NCBI GenBank assembly: GCA_028534125.1
Contig: CM052816.1
Span: 41,852,001 to 41,916,000 of the forward strand
Direction: 5' to 3'
DNA length: 64,000 bases
DNA from: Lama glama
Lineage: Eukaryota
In this document: positions 11,751-24,732 of the stretch, piece by piece
Numbering within the stretch: position 1 is the first letter of the stretch
Layout of the letters: each line of letters opens with the position of its first letter
Notes under the pieces: generated by a model
The model's input: the letters and a program-made list of their open reading frames with translations, nothing else
The model's database searches: none
Told to the model about the DNA's origin: nothing
Position numbers and translations under genes: made by a program

Positions 11751-13499
11751 CCAGTAGACGATGTTGTTTTTATCATGTTGAATTCCATTTTTCTTTAGTT
11801 TAATGTTACCCTCTTTGTGATGGTCATATACAAGGCTCTTTTGGTTTTGTTTTGTTTGCTTTTTCGTAATTCTTAACTGAACATTTAAATGACACTACAA
11901 AGTAGCTCACTGACGATAGCTTCTGTTACAATATTACAGCGTCCCACTGGGGCTGACAAAGGCTGGTTCAGACAATCAACATTTTACTGAGCCTGTGAAA
12001 AAGCATTTGGGTCAGGGTGGCAATGTTGAGCCATAAAGGTTGCTTTCTAATTCAAGTCTTTTAGATTCCCTGTTATTTTCTTTGTTTTGGGCTGCATTTT
12101 GCTTAATTGTCTTGTCATGTGTTTTAAGCCTGACAACCACATGAAGTCAACCAGAGAAACTAAACTGATAAAAGAATCATATTTCTTTGAAAGACTGTTT
12201 TTGAAAACTGGAGACGAAGAATGAATATGCAGAGGATAGCTTCCATCTTCATCTTGTATTAAAAAAAATCTTACGCACCCCTAATGACGATAATTTGTAG
12301 AGTTATGAGTTGAGTGTTTGTGTGTAGGTGCGTGTATCTGTACAAATATAAACAGGTAGAAGTTGCATTATTTTCTACCAGTAATTTTATGGCTTTCACA
12401 TCAAGTAAATATATTTTGCTAATATGATCCCTGCATAATAATATAACCTTTAATGGTCCAGACTAACCACATGGCTTCCCAGTTGAGCTATAAAAGAATC
12501 AACAGCTAGTTTAGAGTTCCTGGGGACTGCATTTGGAAGATTTAACTTGTCCAGTTTGGGCTGCTTACATTGCTTCTATATTTTTCGATTCCTTGGGGTC
12601 TCTTCGTTAGCCCTTGTGCTTGAGAAAGCTTTGGTGGAAGGCTTTGTGCAGATAACTCACTTGGCTCTGACAGGCCAAGAAATCTACTCTGGAGCCAAGA
12701 TAAACCCAGGGCTCATTTTCCATCCACTTATTAACTCAAGCGAATATGATTATTCTTTAGGGATTATTAGAAAAGCAGTTTCAGATAATAGATGTGAACT
12801 TGTACCCTGATGCAGTTCTGTGTTCATTTTATTTTCTTTAATTTCTTGGTAAAAGCTCAAAAAACAATTGGGTAGATATGTTGTCTTTTTGCATCTCTGG
12901 ATTCACCTTTAATGAGAGAGTTGTTTTCCTGCCAAGGGAGAAGAATAAGGAAACAGAACCACATGATTCTATAATATTGACTTTCTATTAAACTAACAAG
13001 CACATTGGCAAGCAGGAAGTGTAAGAGGTATGTATAGCTTAGGGAGACGTCTTTTGAAGGCTCAACATGAAACCTGTTTTGCCCTGAACATATCTAAATA
13101 GGTGCTGTAAGAAAAATAAGTATTGAAGAGATTCCTGGTATCTTGGGTTTCTTCTGTGTAGAATTCAATACAGAAATTCATCCATTTGCTGAAGTTTCTG
13201 GTGTTAGGAGAGCTACAGAGACAAGAGAAGGTAATGTAGATAATCTTACCTTGTTAACACAAAATAATAAAAACAAATGTTCTCTTGCACTTTACACAGC
13301 ACATAAATTCAATATTTACTGGGTGCCTACAAGTGCCAGGAACTGTATTCTGTGCTGGGGATATGAAGATTAGTGACATATGGGCAACTTTCTCAAGAAA
13401 CACACAATCTCTTGGTTTTGCTCTAAAACTAAATTCTAACTAGATCGATGATCCTTTAGCTCATATTTTCTTGAGTTTCAGAGACTAAGTCTTAAAAAT

Positions 13500-13989
13500 T
13501 GTGATGGTAACGTCTATGTGTCAACTTGACTGGGACATGGGGTGCCCCAAATTTGGTTAAAGATTGTTCTGGGTGTGTCTGTGAGGTTGTTTCTGGATGA
13601 GATTAACATTTGAATCAGTAGACTGATTGCCCTCCCCGCTGTGATGAGCCTCATCCAATCCACTGGAGGCCTGAACAGAACGAAAACCAGTGTAAGGGGG
13701 ATTTGTTTTCTCTACCCTGCTGCTTTCAAACTGGAACATAATTTTTTCCTGCACTTGGGCTGGAACTTACACCATCAGTTATCCTTGTTCCCAGGCTTTC
13801 AGACTCACACTGGAGCTGCATCACCCACTCTCTGGGTCTCTAGCTGCAGACAGCAGAAGGTGGGTCTTCACAGTCTCCATACTCACATGGCCAGTTTCTT
13901 ATCATAAATTCTCTGTCTCTGTCTCTGAGTCTCTTTCTCCCTCCTATCTTCCTTCCCTTTCTCTCTTGTTATGTCTCTCTCTCTCTCTC

Positions 13990-14026
<37 letters not shown>

Positions 14027-14084
14027 TTGTGTGTGTGTGTATCTCCCATTGGTTCTGTTTCTCTGGAGAACCCTAACTCCAGCA
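13500..14084 (+). mobile_element. MLT2-type ERVL solo LTR with internal (CT)n(AT)n(GT)n microsatellite
   Basis: Starts tgtgatggtaacgtctatgtgtcaacttgactgg and ends cccattggttctgtttctctggagaaccctaact, the typical MLT2 ends. Confidence 0.9.
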
Positions 14085-16491
14085 TACTCCAGGGACAGAT
14101 ATATAGAGAAAAAGGACAATCAGGACGACTTCCCAGAAGGACACCCTGGAGAAATCCAGGAGATTCATTCTTTTTGTGAAGTGTATTCTGATATCCTGGC
14201 CGTACTGACTATGAAAACAACAGTCTGAGTTCATCTTTGAGAATGTACCCTTGAAAATCACGTTATAAATATGTGAAACTAAGGTTAAAAAGTATAAATC
14301 AAACAAACTAGGAATAGGTCTATCTATTTCCAGAAAAACATGCACATATACCACACAATCACAACTGGATTTTTTATTTATGGGAAAGAGACATTAAAAA
14401 TATTTTGGTAGATTTGCCCAATTTGCAGTGGGGAAGGAACCAGAGTTTGATGTCTAAGCAGCAAAGAATTTAACTGGAAAACCTATAACTACTTTTCTTA
14501 GCTTCTGAGATAAATTTTTTAACCTTTCTTTTACCTGACTGCAGTAACCCAGGGTTGGTCAAAGGTCATGGACATCATAGATGCTTGGATTTTCATTTAA
14601 TGACACAAAAGTAGCTGCTTTATTAAATTTCGTGAAATATGTGTCTGTCTTGCAACACAGAACCCATAAACAGATCAAGTGGAAAAAAAAAAACACCATG
14701 GGGCTATTGTGGTCTTAAACACAATAGTCAACAAGCACAACTAACCACAGGTGCACCAAGTTGCTCTGCTTTGGCGAGGTCTCACGTTGTTCTGGAAAGT
14801 TTTATGTTCTTAAATTCTCAAATAAGATGTTGAAAGGAAATAATGTTGTGGAGGCACTCAGGCCCAGAGTCCCAGTGTGTATTTGTGGCATGCTAGGGGA
14901 TCATGGGCAGTGGAAGCTGACCAGTGTTTGTCCGTGGTGATTTTTAATCAGCACAACTGAAAGTTCTAGGGGATTTGGGGGTGGGACATTTTTATGGTCA
15001 CCTTTTTTTTTTTTCCACTAATTGGCTGAAATTTGTGGGTTTTCTGTTCTACATGTGGACTAAATCTCTCACTTTAGTTTCATGTATGAATCTCTTTTTT
15101 TTACCACTAGAAACAGAGCATGGGGCCAGTAACACCAGTATCTTTTACCCACCAGCTATTTAGAAAAGAAAAAGACAAAAAGTCCAATGTTAGAGGACTA
15201 GAATCACTTTCTTATACTTTCTATGTGAATGCAACTGTCCCCAACCCACTCCTCTGCTTTGCTTGTGGATGAATGCTTACTGTCATCAGCCACCTGCCAG
15301 AGTTTCTTATGGGCAGCAGACATCTAAGAAGTTTCACATAACTGATCTGAATCTCTTTCCAACAACATTTTTACTCTGTGGTGGTTTAACCTCTATGTGT
15401 CTTAGTTTCTTCAACTGCAGTGTGGTAATAATGCCTTCTTTGTGCTTGTGAACTGGATTGAAATAATGCAATAAACATATCTAATATTGTGTCTGGAACA
15501 TAGGAAATGCACAGTGCCTTAAAGTATTTTTTAGCTTATTTTATGAATATTTTCAACCCTATTATATATTTGGCACTGGTTTAGTTGCAGAGAAAACAGA
15601 GGTGAAGAGGACAGATGTGATTTTCTGCTAAGGTTAAATGGTGTCTGCACTGATTTATTAACTTATTCTACAAATTTTCATTGACTTCCAATTGAATGTG
15701 AGGTAATAGAGAAGAAATAAGGCTGTATATAAGCTGGACTAATGTTCACTCTGGCGCTTCTGGATGTACTGATTGTGGCTGGTGTTTGTTCTAGGTGATC
15801 AGTGTCTATGCTTTAAAAGTTGTCAATTATTTGAATGTTGTTCTGGGGAGAAAGACAATATTTAATAAAATAATTCATGAAAAAGTGCTTAGCATGGTAC
15901 CTGGCCTAAAATAAGTGTTCAATAAATATTACTTCTTGTTATTATCATCACTGTTATGTAAAGATGAACTGTATTCATAAAGAGGGACATATAGCCTTAC
16001 AGTCTAGTATTACAGAAAGGATAGTTTCCAAATGACTGTAAGATAAAGCAAAAGGTGGTAAATACTGCAGAAAATTCTGGACTATTTAGGGGATAGAGAT
16101 CTGGTTCCTGTGACAGAGATAAGGAAATCCAGAATAATGGGAGACTTGATGTAGGAAGAAGTTTTTCAATGAGAGATAGAGAACTGACCTGGCTTATGAT
16201 GGGGAGGAGAGGTTACTAGTCCACCAAACAAAAGCAGAACAGTCTAAGGCAGAGGAATTAGGAAAGAATAGATAAAACTATGTGGGAGTGTAGGTGGAGG
16301 AAAGAAAAAGACATTTATTTAACTGCACAGGTTGGGCATATTCTGTCTGGCAAGGTGAATTAGAAGCATTCTTTAAAGGGTTCTTAATGGCAGCTTGGGA
16401 TTTAGATTTGGTTCCATCAATAGGTAAAGCATGGCAGCTTCACTGCAAAAAGTCACTGTAGCTTCAGAGAACCACATAGGTCAGCCTAGGT

Positions 16492-16703
16492 CAGGGTTTG
16501 AAACCTCAGCACTATTGACATTTTGGATTGGCTAATTCTTTATTGAAAAGGGGCTGTCCTGTGCAATGTAAGATGCCTAGCATCTTCCCTGATCTTTGTC
16601 TACTAGGTAACAGTAATAGCTTTCCAATGTAACAGTCAAAATGGCTCTAGAGATTGCCAGGTGTTCCTTAGGAGGTAAAATTGCAGCTGGTTGAGAAACA
16701 ATG
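16492..16703. mobile_element. MER20 (hAT-Charlie MITE)
   Basis: cctcagcactattgacattttggattggctaattcttt...ggttgagaaacaatg; degenerate 8-bp TSD gcctaggt/acttagat. Confidence 0.9.
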
Positions 16704-17109
16704 ACTTAGATAGTAGTGAGGCATGGCTAATTTTTAGCAATTATTGAAGTTCTTTCTTTTTTCCCTACTCTTCACACATGGATCAATTTCTGGGCTGTCT
16801 TACTTCACAGAGAGGTTTTGATAATGCAGGAAACTACAGGTCAATTTTCCTTTCTCAATTTTCTTTCCAAAATCAAGTCAGTAAGATTATGTTGTATGTT
16901 CTTAAGACTTCTCTGAAGGACTTTTTGAGAAAAACCTTAATAGAGAGAGAAGGATTTTTCTTTGCCAAGAAATTTTTTTCTAAAAACAGAAGGATAGAAG
17001 TCTATGGGATTATGGAGCAGTGAGAGCTTGTTTCTTGCTCGTCAGCAAATACTCAGTGATATGAGAAATTTCCATGGGAAATGGCTGGGACTCACGCAGC
17101 TTCTCCAAA

Positions 17110-17495
17110 ACATAAGGCCCACTCTAAAGGGGTGATTCAAGAGAGGTCTATAGAGGAGTCATTCACATAGGTGTGAGCAAGATTAAGAAAAATCAAGAAG
17201 GAATGATGAAGCACTCCTGGCTAAGGTAGTTTGAAGCTGTAAGTGAAAGAACTGGTTGCCAGTATCTGTCACTGTAGCTGTAACCCTTGAAGAGGGTCAC
17301 CTGATAAGAGCTGTGGCATGGAGAAGAATACAGTCTTTCTTAACACAAAACACCACAGAAAGGTAGCCTGGGGAATAAATACTCCAACTTCTGTCTTTCC
17401 CCCTACCCTCGGTTCTTTTGTCTATACCTCCCATTTGGCTGAATCCAACCAGAAACCAGAGGGCAGGAGAGCTGGACTGATGCAATATGCGCAGT
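17110..17495 (-). mobile_element. Old MaLR LTR (MLT1L/N-like)
   Basis: cctcccatttggctgaatccaaccagaaaccagagggcaggagagc motif typical of old MLT1 subfamilies. Confidence 0.6.
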
Positions 17496-17504
17496 CTGAC
17501 GCAA

Positions 17505-19730
17505 TATGTTTTTATTGACATTTCCCTAAGAGCTAATGACATTGAGCATCTTTTTTTTGTGCTTATTAGCCATCCATATAATTTATCTGGATAACTGTCT
17601 ACTCAAATACTTTGCCAATTTTTAACCAGGGTTATCTTATTATTAAGTTGTAAGCATTTTTATATATTCTGGACAAGTTCTTATCAGGTATATGATTTAA
17701 AAATATTTTGTCCCATTTGTCTCTTCATTTTCTCTTTTTTCTTTTTCTCTGAAGGCCCCTGGCTCTGGGGCCTCTCTGTTGGCCTTTTTGGGTTTATTGG
17801 ATCAGGCTCATTAAATCGGTTTTTTGCCTCCGCTCTATAAGGTCAGGCTAAGGAGCTCATCACCTCCCTCTCTTCTCTTTCTTAAGGACACCTTTGATGC
17901 ACACAGGTTTTTAATTTTAATGGAATCCAACTTTTCAATCTTCTCTTTTATCACATGTACTTTCCATACAATATTCATGTACTCTTTGCTAACCCAGGTC
18001 TCAGTGATTTACTCCTATGTTTTCTCTGAAAAGCTTTAGTTTTAGCTCTTACATTTAAATCTATGGTATACTTTGAGTTAATTTTTGTGTATAATGTGAT
18101 TAGGGGCCCAAATTCCTAGTTTTGCATGCAGATTTCCAGTTATCTCAATATTAATTGTTGAACAGATGGTTCTTTCCCCTCTTGATTGCCTTGGCCTCTT
18201 TGTCAAAGATCAGTTGACTACAAAGTTAGGATTTCATTCAGAACTATCAACTCTATTCCATTGATCTCTATGTCTGTCTTTATGTTAGTACCACGCTGTC
18301 TTAATTACTGTAGAAAGAATTACTTAATTACTATAGAAAGAAAACTTTGTAGAACTTTTTGAAGTCAAAAAGTCTGTATGCTCCAACTTTGTTCTTTTTC
18401 AGGATTGTTTTGGCTATTCTGGGTCTCTTACATTTCTATGTGAATTTTGCCAATTTCTGCAAAATCCAATCTAGCTTGGATTTTGATAGAGATTGTATTG
18501 AATCTGTAATTAAGGGGAATATTGCCATTTTAATGACAGTAATTTTTTCAATTCATGAACATGGGTTGTCTTTCTGATTACTTAAATCTTTTATTTTCTC
18601 CACAATGGTTTGTAGTTTTCAAGTTATACTTGTTAAATTTATTCCTAAGTTTTATTCTTTTTGATGCTATTGCAAATGGAATTGCATTTTAGTTTTAACT
18701 GTTTATAGCTAGTACATAGAAGTACAACTGATATTTTGCATATTGATTTTATATCCTGCAACCTTGCTTGAATTAATTTATTAGTTCCAATAGGTTTCGT
18801 GTGTGTGTGTGTGCATAAATTCTTTGGAATTTTCTGCATGCCAGATCATGTCATCTGCAAATAAAGATATTTTACTTCTTTGTTTCTAACCCATTTGCTT
18901 TTTATTTTTCTTTATTGCCTAATTTTGCTGTATAGATTCTCCAGTGCAATGTGGAATAGAAGTGGCAAGAAGGAATATCTTTGTCATACCCTCAGTCTTA
19001 GGAAGAAAGCATTTTGTGTTTCACTATTGATTATGATGTTAGCTGTAGATTTTTGTGTGTGTGTGTGGATACCTTTTATCAGGTTGAGGAAGTTTCATAC
19101 GAGTCCTAGTTTGTTGAGTGCTTTTATCGTAAAAGAATGCTGGATTTTTTCAAATGCCTTTTCTGTATCTGTTGAGATGACCATATGATGTGTGTCCTTC
19201 ATTCTATTAAAATTCTAATAATATTCTATTAATCTGTTAATATTCTATTGATCTATTAATAGTAGTATTATTAAATGTGTGATTTTTTTGCATGATAAAA
19301 CAACCTTTTATTTCTTGGATAAATCTCTCTTGATCATAATGTATAATCCTTGTTATATGTTGTTGAATTTTCTTTGCTAGTATTTTATGAAGATTTTTGC
19401 ATCTGTATTCATAAGGAATATTGGTCTATGGTTTTCTTTTCACATGTTATCTTTGTCTCATTTTGGTATTAGGATAATATTGGTCTCACAGATTGAGTTG
19501 GGAAGTATCTTTTCCTCTTCCATCTTCTGGAAGAGTTTGTGAAGAATTTGTGTTGATTTTCCTAAGTCATCTTGGCCTGAACTTTTCTTTGTGAGAAATT
19601 TTAAAACTACTAATTCAATCTCTTATAGATCTATTCATATTTTTCTATTCCTTTTTGAGTTGGTGTCCATAATTTTTTTACTTTTTAGAGATCTTTCCAT
19701 TTTATGTAAGATATTCTAGTTTGCTTCTTC
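17505..19730 (-). mobile_element. Old L1 (L1MB/MC-type) ORF2 fragment
   Basis: Antisense L1 ORF2 signatures: catttccctaagagctaatgacattgagcatc, tcatgtcatctgcaaataaagat, ttttgcatctgtattcataagg. Confidence 0.9.
17799..17868 (-). ncRNA. SNORD57: Box C/D snoRNA U57 (SNORD57) retroposed copy; the parent normally lies in a NOP56 intron
   Basis: Minus strand reads GGAG-GTGATGA(C box)-GCTCCTTAGC-CTGA(D')-CCTTATAGAGCGGAGGCAAAAAACCGATTTAATGAGC-CTGA(D)-TCC, closely matching U57 as I recall it. The guide is complementary to 18S GCUCAUUAAAUC, and the D+5 position falls on the U57 target A (A99). Followed by a ~50-nt tail and A-rich tract; TSD-like repeats at 17720-17733 and 17869-17882. Confidence 0.88.
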
Positions 19731-19999
19731 TTTAAAAGCATGATATATATCTGCTATGTGCTTTGGAGAATGCTCAACTCAAGAACCTACAGTCTCGTAG
19801 GGAGAAGTATATGAGCACAAGTAATTACAGTACAGAAAAAGGGTTGTGCTTAAGAAGAAAAAAGTTTAGAAAATATCATAAGCATTCAGAAGAGAACGAT
19901 ATTACTTGCAAGTTTAACTGGCTTATGTTTGGAGGATGGTGAGATTGTATGAGATTGTGTGAAATGTTTATTTCTGGGTCTGGAAGGATGTTCAGAACT

Positions 20000-20290
20000 A
20001 GCAGTGCTGGGAGACCTTTCTCTGTGTCTCTTGTGTTTCTGCACGTATTGTCATAAAAGGCACTGGTTACCATTTTTCAAAACTATCTTTTCAAGGATGT
20101 TTGTGTAGCAACAGAGGAAGGCAGAAATACTGTCTCTCTCCAAACCAAAAATGTGGCATATTTACTGTTCAGTATAAAAGATCCAGTTTTCCCAAACTCA
20201 GGGTTCTTTTTTGTAACACAACTCACTGTATGTGTAGATACTACTGAGCCCCCTTCAGTTGGCCTGTGGGAAATTTTGCTTGGGAGAAGG
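20000..20290 (+). mobile_element. ERVL LTR fragment (LTR40-like)
   Basis: ctttcaaggatgtttgtgtagcaac...tataaaagatcc...ctcagggttc resembles the remembered LTR40 consensus. Confidence 0.55.
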
Positions 20291-20970
20291 TTCAATAGGT
20301 AGGGTAAAGGCTACAAATGGAGAAAGAACATTGACAAAGACATGTATGGGGAAAAGGGTAGAATTGTACATAATGTTTTGAGGGGCTGTGGTGTTCATCG
20401 ACAGCAAAATATAAGCTTGGAAAAGGAACACAGGGTGTTAGTGTTTGATATGCCATGCTAATGTTTGTAGGAAAGAGTAATAGCCATTGGTATTAGAATA
20501 GGCATATTATATAGCAAGTAAGAAATCATTATATCCTTGAGTTAGCTTAATGGCATTGGAACTAAAAAGAGAAAGTAAGTATGAAAGGCTTTATGTAAGC
20601 AAAGCAGCAATAAACTGTGTGTTGAACAGAGATCCTGTCTATTGTATCCTGCCCACTGTATTTGTAATGAATTGCATGGTGCCTTCACATGACAGGTATA
20701 CAACAAATATTATAGAATGAGAAGTTAAATAAAAGAATCAGCAAGAATTGTAACATAGGGGGAGAAGAGAAAAACATTGCTTCTATTTGTTTTAAGTTGG
20801 AGTTCCAGGGACAATGATGGCATAGTAAAGAGATGTGGGAAATACTGGAGTAAGAACAGATTTAAAGAGCACTATAATGAGTTTATTCTCCAACACATTC
20901 CAAAGATCAACTCGGATAGTTCTGAAGAGTGGAGCATCAGGAGTGAGAAACACGAGTCTAAGAAAGTTCC

Positions 20971-21155
20971 TTTTTCTTTTTTTAACATTTTTATTGATTT
21001 ATAATCATTTTACAATGTTGTGTCAAATTCCAGTGTAGAACACAATTTTTCAGTTATACATGAACATATATATATTCATTGTCACCCTTTTTTTCTCTGT
21101 GAGCTACCATAAGATCTTGTATATATTTCCCTGTGCTATACAGTATAATCTTGTT
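20971..21155 (-). mobile_element. Young lineage-specific (camelid-type) L1 3' end, 5'-truncated
   Basis: Poly(T) then aacatttttattgatttataatcattttacaatgttgtgtcaaattccagtgt, nearly identical to the element at 32136. Confidence 0.85.
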
Positions 21156-23384
21156 ATGATATCTACCAGCATAAAAGCGATCACTGAAGGAGAGACAAGG
21201 TAGAGGGAAAAAAGAGAGAGAGAAGAGAAAAAAGGGCCAGTGTTAGAAAGGAACCTTGAACAACACCCAATTCAGGTCAAGAGGAGGAATTTTGAGAAGA
21301 TAGGGGAGTAGTCAGAGACATAAAAGAAAACACACTTATTTCAGAATTCAGAAACTAAAGAGGTGGAGTATTTCAAAAATAAAATTGCATTTACTGAATT
21401 TTTAGCAGAGCTTAGAAGAAGAGGTCTAGAAAATGGTCATTTTAGGAAATTAGTGATATATATTTGAGAGAGTTAATCCAATAGAATGATGAAAGAACAG
21501 AGATTGTGGAGGGTGGGGAATATGAAGACTTTTTCAAAAGATTCAATGACAAATTGTACTTTGGGTTGACTAAATACTTGTTTTTGGAAGGAACTGGAAT
21601 ACAGAGTGCACCTTGTAAGTGGGCGGGTGCATATGCTTGCTGAGACCAAAATTCATGAAATTGTTATTAATTTAATCTAAGTAATATTCTGTGGACAAGG
21701 TTATCAATGTAAATGATGGATCTGAACAATTCAAAGATGCCTGGAGAATGTGCTCAGGTTGCCCATACAGAAACTACCATGCTTATTGAATTTTAAAGCT
21801 GCTGCTTGGCTGGAAGGTCTGAGAAAAGAAATCATACTCTTCTGCACTGAAACAAAATGAATAGATTTTCTTTTCTTTTTTTTTTTGTAAGTAGCTTTCT
21901 ACTTAAATTTGGTACAAGTTAACATTTTGCTCATTACCATGGCAGAAGTCTGGTGTTAGTTTAGGATTCTTGAAGCTAAAATAGATAGGCAAGTCTGGAA
22001 TGTGATCACTCACCCTGGACAAAGCCCTCTTCTTAGAGAATATCACAACCCAGATTTTGCTATTTTTGTCCCAGACAAGAGTACTGGGTGCCATGCGCAA
22101 GCCAGTTGGTTGCCACATCATCATTTATAGCACATGCCGTATACAATTGAAAACTGATTCTGAAATAAAGAGGGAAGCACTGAAGCAAAGATGCTCCTTT
22201 TAGGAAAAACTGTTCTTGTCAGGATTCAGTGAAATGTCACCTGATGTAGTTGTGGTGTAGTTTTTTAAGTACTGTAGGTTTTTTTTAAAATGGCATCTAA
22301 TTAAAAACTGTTTTAAAAAAGGAAAAAAAGATAAATCCATTAGTTGGAAGCTTCCTCTTAAAAATTAAATGAAATCCTTAATCTGATTTTAGCATGGATA
22401 GCATTCAAATACTCAGCTCAGACAAGTGTCTTCTGCTGGTGGGCGCTGTGACTGTACATAAAAATCTAGCTAAGGGATTGCAATGAGGTGATGTGAGCTA
22501 AGAGCTAAGTGGCTGCTTTTCTGGGACTCTTGAACACAACCAGGAGAGAAGATTAATAGATTTAAAAGCTGGTTAGAACCTTGTTTCATAAACTACTAAA
22601 CCTCTGCTCATCTTAATTGGGTTGTGTTTCTGGGCAGCAGAAAAGTTAGACAGTTTTTTGTCTTTTTGCTAAGCTTTAATGAAACCCACCAATCCTGCAA
22701 ATAGGTTTCAATGTGTCAGGCATGCTTGGCTGGGGGTACCTTGTGGACTTGCAGACAATAGGAGGACTCTATCTGTAGGTCTACGTGCGGTGTGCCAAAT
22801 GGTCCTCAAATGATAAGTAGAAACTAAACAGTAAAAAGCTGTTAGTAGCTCCATTTGGCAGGCATAAAGAAAAACCTGATTTTTTTTTAAATGTCATGAG
22901 GTATCACATTTTCTTTCCTATCCTGAGTAAGGTTGGCTTTTTCAACATGTGACCTTGAAGGAGTTGTGTGGGGATGTATTCCTATGCCATTTATGTAGGA
23001 GGCTAGGGTTACATTTTCAGTTGAACACTTTAATTTTCTGGTGTTAGCAAGACAGTGGGTACCTGGGGGCTCAGAAGCATGTCTCTGACAGTGTGTATAT
23101 CTAAATACCTGTCAGCAGGCCAGTTCCAGGCCCCTTCAATTACTCTTGTGCTAGGGAACAAGCTGAAGAGCTGATATCAACAGAGGAGAGAAATAATATG
23201 TTTTGCAGTCACTTTAAGTATTTTTAAGCAGGGTGGGGAACCTATGGACTATGCTGATGTGTTTTCTGAGAGTTTTAGATTTTGAAACTATGGAGACTGT
23301 ACTTTGTGACCTCTTTGGATTGCCTTATATTATCATCATGATGCAGAAAGAAGATGAGGGTTTGCTTTCTCACTAATTCTGCCA

Positions 23385-24060
23385 AGAAATATTTATTGAG
23401 CACCAGCTCGGTGCCAGGCTATGCAGTGGGATGAGGATATGACGCATTTCCAGAGGGGTCTCTCTTCTGGGTGCTGACAGGCTGGTGGGGTGGCCAGAAC
23501 AGGAGAGTAAACAGCCCATGACAATGGAGTGTAATGTGTGCTAGAGAAGGAGCACACTTAGGGTGTCCATCCTAGGTGTAGGAGATGAGGGGAGGCTTCT
23601 TTGAGAAGTTTGCATCTAAATTAAATTCTAAGGAACACATATAACTAGGCAGGTGCAACCAAGGAGGAGAGTATGCCAGGTAGAAGAACAGAATATTCAG
23701 TCTTGGAAGTCTCAGAGAACCTGGTGTGCTTGTGGTATGCTTGTGTAAGCGGTTAGCCTGTCCAAGCCATCCATGGTGCTGTGGTTTGGAGGGAGTGTAA
23801 GAATAGAGAGTCATGAGGAGGTAACAGTGAATCAGATGAGGCTTTCTAGGCACATTGGAAAAATTGGATTTTGTCTTCCTCTGAAGACAAGCAGGGAGCC
23901 ATTTTAGAGTTTTGAGCAGAGGAATGACACATTGAAACCATCCTGGTTGCAGCTGGAAAGAATTTAGAGGAGGAGAATCTGTATATAGGGAGACCCCCTA
24001 AGAGGCAGTACAGTGAGTGCTAAAGGTGAGCAATGATGGTAGTTTCAGCTGAATTGAGAC
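23385..24060 (-). mobile_element. L2 LINE fragment, interrupted by MER44
   Basis: L2 3' end aaatatttattgagcaccagctcggtgccagg followed by L2 body; resumes after 24732. Confidence 0.75.
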
Positions 24061-24061
24061 A

Positions 24062-24732
24062 CAGTAGTCCCTGTTTATCTGTGAGAGATAGGTTCCAAGA
24101 CCCCCAGTGGATGCCTGAAACCATGAGTAACACCCAATCCTATGGATATATGTTTTTCCCATACATGCATACTTATGATAAAGTTTAATTTACAAATTAG
24201 ATACAGTAAGAGATTATAAACAATAATAATAGAAGAAAAATTATAATGATATACTGTAATAAAAGTTAAGTGACTGTGGTCTCTCTGGACTGTATTCACC
24301 CTTCTCTTTGTGATGACCTGAGATGATAAAATGCTGTGTAATGAGATGAAGTGAGGTGAATGACATTGGCATTGTGACTGAAGCTTTAGGCTCCTATTGA
24401 CCCTCTGACAACAGTCAGGAGGAGGATCATCTGTTAGTTGATCTTGGATCATTGAGCCATGACGATGTCAATGGTTAGATGTCAGGAGCTGACCATGTTG
24501 CTGGCTGGGGACCTGGAAGGGAACAGAGCAGAATTTACAAGGTTTCATCACCCTACTCAGAACTGCACACAATTGGGTATAACTTATGAGTTGTTTTATT
24601 ATTGTTTTTATTTTATTCAATTAACAGGAGTTATTAATTCATTATAAAAATGAATCAATATTTTTGGGTCACAGTTAACTGTTGGTAACCAAAATAGCAG
24701 AATATGAAACCATGCATAAGGGGGAACTAATG
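24062..24732. mobile_element. MER44 / Tigger7-family TcMar DNA transposon
   Basis: TIR-like ends cagtagtccctgtttatctgtg and catgcataagggggaactaatg; internal gttccaagacccccagtggatgcctgaaacc. Confidence 0.9.

Noticed and set aside
17805..17822. Short match to 18S rRNA (ggctcattaaatc)
   Set aside because: It is the antisense guide of the SNORD57 copy, not an rRNA fragment.
19195..19275. Short attctattaa repeats
   Set aside because: Local slippage inside an old L1; no spacer structure and not CRISPR-like.
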